Positions 1 through 15,700 of a stretch of DNA of 64,000 nt are shown one piece after another. The stretch is from Salpingoeca rosetta (taxonomy: Eukaryota > Protista > Choanoflagellata), in the NCBI GenBank assembly GCA_033442325.1, contig JAWQFM010000021.1, positions 273,296 through 337,295 on the forward strand. The letters run 5' to 3'. The notes below the pieces were generated by a model. It searched no databases, was not told the DNA's origin, and saw nothing but the letters and a program-made list of their open reading frames with translations. Position numbers and translations under genes: made by a program. Within the stretch, counting starts at the first letter, position 1, and every line of letters starts with the position of its first letter.

Positions 1-1115
1 CGACGAGACAAGCGTGCTTGATGCGCCCCGCACTGCGCTCGAGAAGGACCTGCTGTTTGTCGGCTTCCTCGCCTTCCGCTGCCTCGTGCGCGCAGACAGC
101 AAGGACGTGGTGCAGAACCTGAAGCAGAGCTCGCACGCCGTCACCATGGTCACCGGCGACGCCCCACTCACAGNNNNNNNNNNNNNNNNNNNNNNNNNNN
201 NNNNNNNNNNNNNNNNNNNNNNNNNNNNNNNNNNNNNNNNNNNNNNNNNNNNNNNNNNNNNNNNNNNNNNNNNTCCGCTCGAGAAGGACGTGCTGTTTGG
301 TGGCTTTTGCCTTTCCGCTCCTTCTTGGGCGCAGACAGCAAGGACGGGGGAAGAACCTGAAGCAGAGAGGAGCGGGTTTCCCATGAGACCGGAGCCGCCC
401 CTCTCACAGGTGCACGTGAGAGCGACGGCGATATACGTGTGTATGGGCGTGTGCGGTTGTGTGTGTGTGTGTGTGTGTGCGTGTGTGTGTGTGTGTGTGT
501 GTAGTCGTGCCAAGAGGTTCGAACAAGAGGTGTAGGCCTGCGACACGTGATCAAGGTGGTGGAAGCGTGCGAGTGATATTGTACCCACATTCCTCAGCAA
601 TATCATCCCCCCCCCCCCCCCCCAACACACACACGCCCTCTCATCTGGTTGTGCAGCGATCCACGTGGCGACGGAGGTGGCCATCACCCGAACGGACAAG
701 AGCAAGCTCCTCCTCCTCGGTGAGAAGCAGCATCAACCAACAGCAGTGGCGATGGCAGTGTGTGAGTGTGGGTGTGGGTGTGGGTGTGTGGGTGTGGGTG
801 TGTGGGTGTGGGTGTGGGTGTGTGGGTGTGGGTGTGGGTGTGAGTGTGCGGGTGTGGGTGTGGGTGTGTGCGCGCGATTGTAACTAGTTACACACACCAC
901 CATCACCACCACCACACCAATGCACACACTTATCGCAACCTCAACGTCCCCCACCACCGCACGGCACAATGCAATGCTGCCACTGCACATCAGACAAGGA
1001 CGGGTCATCGCTGGTGTGGCGCTCCGCTGACACAGACGCCGTCGTGTCGTCCTTTGATGCAAAGACCATCACCGATCTCGCAGCATCATACGACCTCTGC
1101 GTCACAGGGCCGGTG

Positions 1116-1146
<31 letters not shown>

Positions 1147-2315
1147 CTGTGTGTCTGTGTGTCTGTGTGTGTGTCTGTGTGTGTGTGTGTCTGTGTGTGT
1201 GTGTGTCTGCGTGTGTGTCTGTGTGTGTGTGTGTGTACCCCGTAGGCAATCATCCTATCAGCACTCATCCTATTGGCGATCATCCTATCACCAATCATTC
1301 TGTCCGCAACCATTGACTTAATCTTGAACGCTTGCTCTCCCGTGACACATCACCACACCCAGATGTGGATGGAGGCTGCCGAGACCAGCGAGCTCGTGTG
1401 GAAGCAGGCAAGCAGCGTCCGCGTGTACGCACGCATGACCCCGGACCAGAAGGAAAAGGTGTCCCATATCGCACACAATTTCGCACACACACACACACAT
1501 TCACACATGCATTCATATTCACATTCACACACATGCACACATGCACACACATGCACACACACGCACACACACACGCACACACATGCACACATTCACACAC
1601 AGAATACCTCGTCGCATGCTTGACGTGCACATGTGCGCGCTATTGGCACCACCACCTCCTCCTCTTGTACTGGGCTCACATGTTCATCTCTCTCCTCCAA
1701 ACAACCACCTGCTTTCTCCCTTCTGCCTCCACCTTCACAGCTGATGATGGCACTGAAGGACACGAAGCACCACACACTCATGTGCGGCGACGGTGCGAAC
1801 GACGTCGGGGCGCTGAAGCAGGCGCACGTGGGCGTTGCTCTCCTCTCTGGCTTTGGAAATGCGAATGTCAAGCGTGACGAGCTCACGCAGGGCGACAAGA
1901 AGAGCAATGCTGATGCTGCAGGTGCACGCTTGCACGTGCTTGTAACTTGCGTGCATATGTTCCGGCGCGTGCGCGCGCGCGTGTGTGTGTGTGTCTGTGT
2001 GTGTATCTGTGCGTGCGTTTGTGTGCATGTACGTGAATGCGATGCGTCGATTGCTGCGCCCTTCACATCCAAACGGCCCTCCATCGAGTCAACCCTTGAT
2101 ATCATCCGCCAGGTTGGTTCACCCTCATGATGGCATGCGAGGTGGACTGTCTTTAACACGCGTGGGAATGTGTGTGTGTGTGTGTTTGTGTTGGCGTCTG
2201 CCCGTGTGTCCTGGCTGCATTATTGCTTATCCTTTGCTTCGTTGGTGATGTCCTGAGCACTCATCAGCACGTTTCACGCGTCACGCGTCACACGAACACG
2301 ACGCACACACACACA

Positions 2316-2396
<81 letters not shown>

Positions 2397-3379
2397 CACA
2401 CACACACAAATCGCCCTTTGCCTCGCTTCAATGCATGCCAGGGTCGCTGCACGCTGGTGACGACGCTGCAGATGTACCAGATCCTAGCCCTCAACTGCCT
2501 CATCTCATCATACTCTCTCTCGGCCCTGTACTTGGTGAGCACACCGTATCGGACGCGAGCAGACGTGTGCGCACACACATACGCAGACACAGACACAGAC
2601 ACAGACACACGCACACACACACACACACACACACAGACACACGCACGCACACACACGCACGCGCACACACACGCACACACACGTATACACACACGCATAC
2701 TTACGCGCACACCCTGCTACCTCTATGTATCGTGGTGTTGTCAGGACGGCGTGAAATCGGGCGACCGGCAGATGACGGCGCGTGGGCTGCTGCTCACAGT
2801 CTCGTTCCTCTCCATCAGTCGCGCATCGCCACTCAAGAAGGTGAAACTGGTACCAACGTGCATGGCCCACAGACAGGCGCACAAGCAAATGCATACACGC
2901 TCCCAAGCGGATACAGACACGCTCCCAAGCGGATACAGACACGCTCCCAAGCGAATACAGACACGCTCCCAAGCGAATACATACGCACACCTTTCGCTCC
3001 TTCACACACACACACACACACACTCACTCACTCACACACACACACGCACTCACTTATTCACTCCTCCATCTTGTCGCTGCAGCTGTCCTCAGTTCGCCCG
3101 ATTGAGAGCATCTTCCATCCGGTAGGAACTGCTTGCAGGCAACGTTCACGTCACTTGCACGTCCGCACATTCGTCACCACGCCTGCGTGTCGCTGTTGAA
3201 TGTGCCTGTCTTTCTGCCATGTTCTCACGATGCAAATCTGTCACCAAAACACAGGCTCTGTTCCTGAGCCTCCTGGGCCAGTTTGCCATCCATCTTGGTT
3301 GCATGATGTATGTTGTGAGCATGGCAAAGCCCCACCTGCCGGACAACTGGGAGGTGAGCATTCAAACACATGGTGCCTG

Positions 3380-3410
<31 letters not shown>

Positions 3411-4892
3411 CTGTGCGTGTGTGTGTCTGTGTATGCGTCTGTGTGTGTTTGTGTGTGTTTGTGCGTGTCTTTGTGTGTTTGTGCGTGTGTTTGTGCGTGT
3501 TTGTGCGTGTCTGTCTGTCTGTCTGTCTGTGTGTGTGTCTATGCGTGTCTGTGTGTCTGTATACCTGTCTGTCTCGCAGTGTCGCAGCAGCCATTCAACC
3601 GCCACGCTGTCAATCACAAGCTCACGCGCATATTATGTGTGCGTCAATCCATCTCGCCAGCCGAGCATCACAGGGAAGTTTGAGCCAAACCTGATCAATA
3701 GCGTCGTCTTTCTCGCAGAATGCGTGCAGCAGGTGCGGGTGATGCAAGCGTGCAACAGTGTGTCATGTCGCATGCGGGAATGTACGTGAAAGTGGCCGAG
3801 ATCGAGGGACGAGCAAGCCTGAATGTCATTGCTGCAATTTGATATTTCACCATGGTGTGAACGCATGACCTCTTTGCTCACCTCACTTGGTGCAATAACG
3901 CTCCACATCCCCTCCTCTTCCTTCTCTGCAAACCTGCACGCGTGTGGGTTGTGTTCGACTGCCACCCACCACCACAGGTGTCTGTGTTTGTGGTGAACTA
4001 CAAAGGCCAGCCCTTCATGACCTCCATCACCAAGAACAGCTTCTTGCTCTATTCGCTCGCGTTTTGCGGTGCCGGCGCCTTCCTCTGCGCTTCGAACTTC
4101 TTCCCAGAGTTCAACAAGCTGTACGTGTTTGCTCACAGTGGCATTTGAGGCTGTGGCTGTGTCAATGGGATTGATGTTATTTTCATGTCACGACTTGCGT
4201 CTGCACACACACACACAAACAAACAAACAAACACACAAACAAACAAACACACAAACGAACAAACACACAAACACACAAACACACAAACACACACACTCTC
4301 TCGCTCTCTCTATCTCTCTCGCACACTCGCACGCACACACACACACACACATACATGCACATGCACACTCGGACTCGCACACATATGTTCACGCATGTGC
4401 AACTATACAATCATGCAGGCTGCAGCTGGTCGAGTACCCATCTGAGGGCTTTAGGAAAACGCTGTCGTTTGTGCTGATTGGAAATGTTGTCGGCACCATC
4501 GTGTGGGATCGGCTGATGCACCTCATCTTTGCCCCAACGATCCTCTTTGCTGGTTTCAAGTCAATCACAAAAGAGGTGGGTTTGCGGGAAAGATGCGAGT
4601 GTGACATATGACTGCCTTGCTTGTATCACACAACCCACACAGCCACACACTTTTCCTTGCGTCGTCTCACCACATTCACACACGCACACTAACGTTGACT
4701 CTCACACTCACTCTCTTTCACACACACACACACACACACATACACACGGTGCAGGATGTGCGCAAGACGATCAAGATGCTGCTGGTTGTTGGCGGGATCA
4801 TGTACATGATTGCGTCAGCGGACCCGGAGGTGTGGGAAGAGTATGAGCGCCAGATGGAGGAGTACGAACAAGGCGCTGCCGCTGCCGAATAA
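1..4892 (+). CDS. ATP13A1: P5A-type ATPase (ATP13A1/Spf1-like), 3' portion, multi-exon, 5' end outside the window
   Basis: Exon peptides carry P5 ATPase motifs in order: [10 protein letters not shown]...MVTGDAPLT (38-173), [11 protein letters not shown] (~1420-1458), [23 protein letters not shown] (~1777-1848), [11 protein letters not shown]...IIRQ (2041-2112), [24 protein letters not shown] (~2441-2535), [11 protein letters not shown] and [12 protein letters not shown], then C-terminal TM exons ending at TAA 4890-4892. Some exon boundaries are approximate. Confidence 0.9.
174..273. other. Assembly gap (100 N)
   Basis: Run of N. The sequence after it (274-410) is a degraded duplicate of ~35-173. 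Confidence 0.98.
2895..2981 (+). repeat. Intronic minisatellite, 22-bp unit ACACGCTCCCAAGCGRATACAG x4
   Basis: Four tandem copies read directly in an ATPase intron. Confidence 0.85.
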
Positions 4893-5435
4893 TCAACACC
4901 AATCATGGGCCGTGCCAACCCAACCCCCCCCCTCCTACGCTAGTGCTTTGTATTGTTTGTTTGCTTGTTTGCATGTTTGTTTGTGTTGGCTGTTTGCTTG
5001 TTCGCGTCTGTCCTTGTTGGTGCCTGTCTGTGTTTGTGCCTTGGTGTTGTTGTTCATTTGGTCCAGTTGTGACTCTTGGTTGAGCATCATAAACGTGCAC
5101 CAACAGCATGAGTTTCAACGCCGTTGCCTGCAGGCATCACTCTCACAACTTCAATGATTGTGTACAACCTGTGCAACGCCAGTCTGGGTGTGCGTTTTTC
5201 TCACACGGTCAAAACGCCTGCTGTGAAACGGACCAACGCGCTGTGCAGGACACGACACGCCTTCAAGACCACCAGTCAGAGCAGCCACATGCTCACAGCA
5301 TGAGGCGTAATTCGTCTCCTCTCAAGTCCGCCACAACCAACAACCAAATCTGCTCGTATTGTATGGGCTTGAAAAACACGTCGTGGATTGCTTATGCACA
5401 AGAAGGAACACAGACGAAGAGCTGCAGTGTGTAAC

Positions 5436-5603
5436 TGTTGGTGTTGGTCCGTTCATTCTGGTGATGTGACGTACGTATGACGTCACGACCTACATCCTTT
5501 GTTCTCTTGCTTTAGACTTATTGCATGTACATTGCATGTCATCTGGAGTATTCTCGTACCAATACAACCTCAGCACCAACGCCAAGGGAGTGAGCAGCTA
5601 AGA
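5436..5603 (+). repeat. 5' LTR (168 bp, TGTTGG...CTAAGA)
   Basis: No differences from 16490-16657 by eye. Preceded by TSD GTAAC. Confidence 0.95.
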
Positions 5604-5617
5604 GATTATGAGACCCA
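5604..5617 (+). promoter_or_regulatory. Primer binding site, complementary to a tRNA-Met anticodon arm (half-tRNA priming type)
   Basis: GATTATGAGACCCA follows the LTR directly. Its reverse complement TGGGT-CTCATAA-TC contains the Met anticodon loop CTCATAA. Confidence 0.7.
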
Positions 5618-5669
5618 TGAGGTCTGTGGTGTGAGCAGCGACAGCACCCAGACAGCACCTTCCACAGCC

Positions 5670-6695
5670 ATGGACCAGGTGCGACATGACATACCGCAAG
5701 GGCCGGTCTTTGACGGCAAAGTGTCGTCACTGAGAGTGTTCAAGGTGAGAATGAGCTACTTCCTCATGAAGAATTGCCCAGGCGCAGAGAGAGTGCTCGA
5801 GGGGAAGGAGGTTACCAAGGAGCAAGAACAGTTTGCGTACCTGTGCATCACCTCGGCTCTAGAGGGATGTAAAGGGACAACAGCAGCGACTGGAGCACTG
5901 GGTGAAGAAGATGCGGCATCAGCATGGAGGACTCTCCTTGATTACTACCAGAGACCAGAGAACGAAGTGCAGAAGACGAGCCATCTCGTAGACTTCTTCA
6001 ATGACACCAAGATGATGCCAGGAGACAGTGAAGACGAGTATGCGAAGAGACTCTACGACGCACGCGACAAGTTCTACTCTGTGTACGACAAGGAGGAGAC
6101 AGTGACCTGGGGGAAGGTGGCCACAGCGATTGCTTTTGCCAACTTTCACATGACGAAGCCAAAAGCCTTTGGTAACGAGATCAAGACGCCACCAGCATCG
6201 GTACAAGAGATGACGAAGCAGATCCTCTCCAGCAACCCGAAGCTAGGGGAGATCAGGGGGGAGGAAGCCGAACAAGTACTCTACATCGGCAAATCACCCC
6301 AGCGGCCCAAGAGGGCGAAAACCATGTGCAAGTGGTGCCGCCGATATGTGTATCACCACGAGGACAACTGCTACGACAACCCCCACAACAAGCAGATGAA
6401 ACCAAATCGGCCGGCCAAGCAAGGACAGCGGACCCAGGGGACTTGGAGGCACGTCAAACAGAGACTACAACCCGCCAATGGCCCAGTGATGTACAACATT
6501 CAACCACAACAACAACGCCCACCGCCATACGGAATTGGTGTGGACTCGCAGTCTTCAGTACACATTTTTTCCGACACAGCATACTTCACACACCTTACGA
6601 CCCGGACACGGCCAGCACTGGTGAAAGGCCTGGGCGGTGTGGTGAGTGTGTGGGAGGAAGGCACGGTGAGGATGGTTGTGGTAGTGGAGGGGAGA
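5670..6695 (+). CDS. Copia gag-pol, N-terminal part (Gag, zinc knuckle, start of aspartic protease), truncated by the MULE insertion
   Basis: ATG 5670 (MDQVRHD...), FDGK, AASAWRTLLDYY, knuckle CKWCRRYVYHHEDNC, protease-like VDSQSSVHIF and VKGLGG. In frame with 12726-16217 once the insertion and one TSD copy are removed. Confidence 0.9.
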
Positions 6696-6897
6696 GAGTA
6701 AATGAAAAAAGTCGCCGGCCTTTGGCAAAAGGTCGCCAAGGGGGCGTTCCCGGTAAAACGTCGCCGCTGCTGCGATTCGCGGCGAAACGTCGCCACCCCT
6801 CTGTCCCACAAGCGGTAAAACGTCGCCGCTGCTGCGATTCGCGGCGAAACGTCGCCACCCCTCTGTCCCACAAGCGGTAAAACGTCGCCGCTGGTGC
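6696..6897 (+). repeat. Left TIR (202 bp) containing 2 full and 1 partial 62-bp tandem units
   Basis: Unit CGGTAAAACGTCGCCGCTGCTGCGATTCGCGGCGAAACGTCGCCACCCCTCTGTCCCACAAG starts at 6751, 6813 and 6875 (partial). Confidence 0.93.
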
Positions 6898-7570
6898 GAG
6901 ACACACACGCGTCGAGTGACATGTGCAGCATCCCTGTGTGCGCGTCCTTGATATTGCGTGGATCATGTTCGTCGTTTCGTCGGTTTACTCGTGCAACAAC
7001 AACACCGGGTGCCACAACAACGGGTGCCACAAGAACAAGAACAACAAGAACAACAAGAACGCGAACAACAAGAACAACAAGAACGAGAACAACAACAACA
7101 ACAACAACAACAAGAACAACAAGAACAACAAGAACAACAACAACAACAGCAGCAGCAGCAGCAACAACAACAACAACAACAACAGGTGTCACAACCACGA
7201 CGCAGCGGACGCTCCGGGCGCAGAACCGCACATATATACACGTACACACGCAAGCACTTACAAGCATATAATCGTGTATGTAAGCTCAATACACATTCAC
7301 ACATGCGGCGCGACTTGAAACCTATTGCCGTCTCGTATTCCAGCGTGATGGGGCATTTGCACCGCTAAATGGATCTTCACCTGATAGATATTCCCACCAG
7401 TGCCCACACGGAGTGAGAGTTGGGCTATCGGCACTCTCTGCATGTAATCACACATACGTACGGGTACAAGCACATGCACGCACGTAGGCGTTCTGGAAGA
7501 CAAGAGAGAAAAAGCGAGCAAAGCATGTCAAACGTGGGGGTGGACATGTTGGTTGGACATCTCCAGAGGC

Positions 7571-12396
<4,826 letters not shown>

Positions 12397-12451
12397 GTTG
12401 AGCCGCGAATGACGTGGCACAGCATATTTCCATGATGATGTCCTAATCTAA

Positions 12452-12715
12452 GCACCAGCGGCGACGTTTTACCGCTTGTGGGACAGAGGGGTGGCGACGT
12501 TTCGCCGCGAATCGCAGCAGCGGCGACGTTTTACCGCTTGTGGGACAGAGGGGTGGCGACGTTTCGCCGCGAATCGCAGCAGCGGCGACGTTTTACCGCT
12601 TGTGGGACAGAGGGGTGGCGACGTTTCGCCGCGAATCGCAGCAGCGGCGACGTTTTACCGGGAACGCCCCCTTGGCGACCTTTTGCCAAAGGCCGGCGAC
12701 TTTTTTCATTTACTC
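12452..12715 (-). repeat. Right TIR (264 bp) containing 3 full and 1 partial 62-bp tandem units
   Basis: Reverse complement of the left TIR with one additional 62-bp unit (264-202=62). Confidence 0.93.
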
Positions 12716-12725
12716 GGAGGGGAGA

Positions 12726-15700
12726 GAGAGAGTTCTCACTTTCCAAAATGTTCTCCTGTTGCCTGAGCTTGGCTTCAACATACTTTCTGCAGGACGACTT
12801 GTGGAAGCAGGCATGACAGTGACTCTGCATCCCGAGCACCCCAGTCTGAGCGATGAGCACATGACGATGGAGCTGGCAAAGAATGGGGCAACATACTACT
12901 TGCGTGCCAAGCCACACCGACCTGGCCAACCAACTCAGCGATGCATGGCCATCACGCCCTTGGAGACATGGCATAGGCGGCTCGGTCACCGTGCGTGGCA
13001 GGATGTGAAACGAGTGCTAAGCGGGAACGGCATACAGACCACGACAGACGAACCTGACTGCACGGACTGCCTACCCTACAAGACGCACCGGAAGCCGGTG
13101 AAGAAGAAGTCACAGCCACATCATCTGGAACCTGGCGATCGAATCCATGCGGATATCCTGGGCCCATACCAAGGATGCCACCAGGGATACGCGTACGTGA
13201 TGCTGTTTGTGGATGAAAGATCCAGGTATGCTGAGGGAATCGCGATGAAGAAGAAGTCCGACGCAGCAGCAACGCTTGCGCAGTTCGTTGCGACTACAGC
13301 TATCCCAGTTCAAAGAGGCACGCTGATGCAGCTTGACTACGATCCAGTGTTCAAGTCTCAAAGATTTGCGACAACAGCGACAAGGCTCGGGATTGGTTTG
13401 CGCTACTCGCCACCCTACACGCATCAGCACAATGGAGTGGCAGAAAGGAACTGGAGGACGATCAAAGAAACAGCTGCGGCCATCCTAGGAACGTCGGCGA
13501 TTCCACCACAACAGCGAGGCCGGTTCACCATTGCGGCTATTCAACACGCGACCACAATCTACAACTGCATGCCACACACCGGCACGGACCATACGACGCC
13601 ATACACAGCCCTGCTGGGGAAACAACCACCTCTTCAGATGCTGAAAGTGTTCGGTTGCCGCTGTGTCATCTATGATGAGACTCAAACCAGCGAGTCGCCA
13701 TTGCCCCCGCGAGGACTCTGGGGATTCTACCTCGGGCTGGATCAGTCTTGCAACGGGCACCGTGTGTTTGTCCAAGCCACGGGGAGAGTGCGGGCAGGAA
13801 TCAATGTTGACTTCGTTGAGCGAGCACAGGCAGAACAGCAACAACAGCAAACGGCTGAAACGAAAACTGACGGTGAACATATTAAAGCAGCGCATCGCAC
13901 GGTCTTCGGCGGACGCGTCACAGCACAACAACAGCAGCCTGTGGCCTACGACGACCACAACAGTGGACACGTCGGGACAGAGCAACATGCGGCCTACGAC
14001 GACCACAACAGTGGACACGTCGAGGCAGAGCAACATGCGGCCCACAACAACCACAACAGTGCACAAGTCGGGGCAGAGCAACATGCGGCCTACGACGACC
14101 ACAACAGTGGACACGTCGAGGCAGAGCAACATGCGGCCCACAACAACCAAAATGGTGGACACGTCGAGGCAGAGCAACAGGCGGCCTACGACGACCACAG
14201 CAGCGAGGCAGAGCAACATGCGGCCCACAACAACCACAGCAGTGCACACGTCGAGGCAGAGCAACATGCGGCCTACGACGACCACAACAGTGGACACGTC
14301 GAGGCAGAGCAACATGCGGCCTACGACGACCACAACAGTGGACACGTCGGGGCAGAGCAACATGCGGCCTACGACGACCACAACAGTGGACACGTCGAGG
14401 CAGAGCAACATGCGGCCCACAACAACCAAAATGGTGGACACGTCGAGGCAGAGCAACAGGCGGCCTACGACAACCACAGCGGCGAACACACGGGTGAAAA
14501 CGAACCATCAGAGGATCACCTGATGCCGACTGTGGCACCTGAACACGAGATCACACATGAACTCCAAACATCAGCAGCCTCCTCGACCACAGCAAACACG
14601 AAACAGCCGCTGAGGCGATCCAGCAGATCCCGAAAGACAGTGGTGAAGATGTGTCTGACGGCGAATGTGACAGACCGGGTTACACCAAAAACGTGGGGGG
14701 AGGCAATGGAGAGTGATGACAGGCAGAAGTGGATGGAGGCATTCTCGGAGGAATGGACCAACATGACCACATTTGACGTGTTTGATGTGGTCGAAGCCAG
14801 AGACATGCCGATGAAGACGAAGGTTCTGCCGAGCACGCTTGTACTCTCGGTGAAGCATCAGCAAGATGGAGAAGTGAGGTATAAGGTGAGGATGGTATGT
14901 TGCGGCAATCGACAGCATTCGTCGACGCTGGGGGAAGTGTTCGCGCCCACAGCACATGCGGATGCACTGAGAACAACGCTGGCGGTGGCTGTGATGAGGG
15001 GGTGGCAACTATGTCAATTTGACGTGAAGGCGGCTTTTCTTCATGCGCCGATCGATGACCACAACATCTATGTCAGGCCACCGGCAGCGGCCAACCTCCC
15101 AGGCAGTGCAGTGCTGCACCTCAAAAGGTCGCTCTACGGCCTTCGCCAAGCACCCCGACTATGGCACCAGCATTTGAGCAAGGAGCTGCAAGCGCTTGGG
15201 CTCCTCGCAGTCAAATCAGACGCATGTGTGTTTGTCTCCGCAACAGCTATCGTGTGTGTCCACGTGGATGACTTCATCGTAGCAGCAGACAGCCAGGGAC
15301 GCATTCACGAGATCAGCACCAAGCTCGGCAGGCATCTGAAGGTGAAAAACCTCGGGGAGCCTACCTCCTACCTGGGCATGGACCTTCACCGCACCACAAA
15401 CGGGCTGAGGATCAGCCAAGAGCGGTACCTAAGAGGCCTTCTCCAAGAACATGGACTACAGGACTGCAAACACAAGGCCACCCCGCTACCTCCAAAAGGA
15501 AGGCTTCACACAGCAACAGCACCGGACACGGACGTAGGGGAATACCAGCGGCTCGTCGGAAGCCTCATGTATCTGGCAGTCATGACGAGGCCAGATATCC
15601 GGTATGCGACGTCAGTACTTGCCAAACAGATGGCAGCGCCAACGAAACAACACCTACACGCTGCCAGACACGTGCTCAAATATCTCAAGGGACAGCCTGA

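Noticed and set aside
274-410. Apparent second, diverged copy of the ATPase exon ([11 protein letters not shown]...)
   Set aside because: It abuts the N gap and differs from ~35-173 by scattered substitutions and indels typical of a low-quality read end. Most likely an assembly artefact, not exon duplication.
1246-1315. 15-bp degenerate repeat (ATCATCCTAT core) as a regulatory array
   Set aside because: A short, degenerate intronic minisatellite with nothing else supporting a function.
5499-5669. ORF-track start of gag within the LTR (also ORF 16553-16882)
   Set aside because: It begins at a non-ATG codon inside the LTR and crosses the PBS. The first plausible ATG is 5670.
6751-6897. 62-bp repeats as a CRISPR-like array
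   Set aside because: Units are head-to-tail with no unique spacers, and they are mirrored at 12452-12660 as part of transposon TIRs. No cas genes and a eukaryotic context.
12540-12725. N-terminus of the 1225-aa ORF as the real start of pol
   Set aside because: These codons come from the MULE right TIR. The true upstream frame is 5670-6695.
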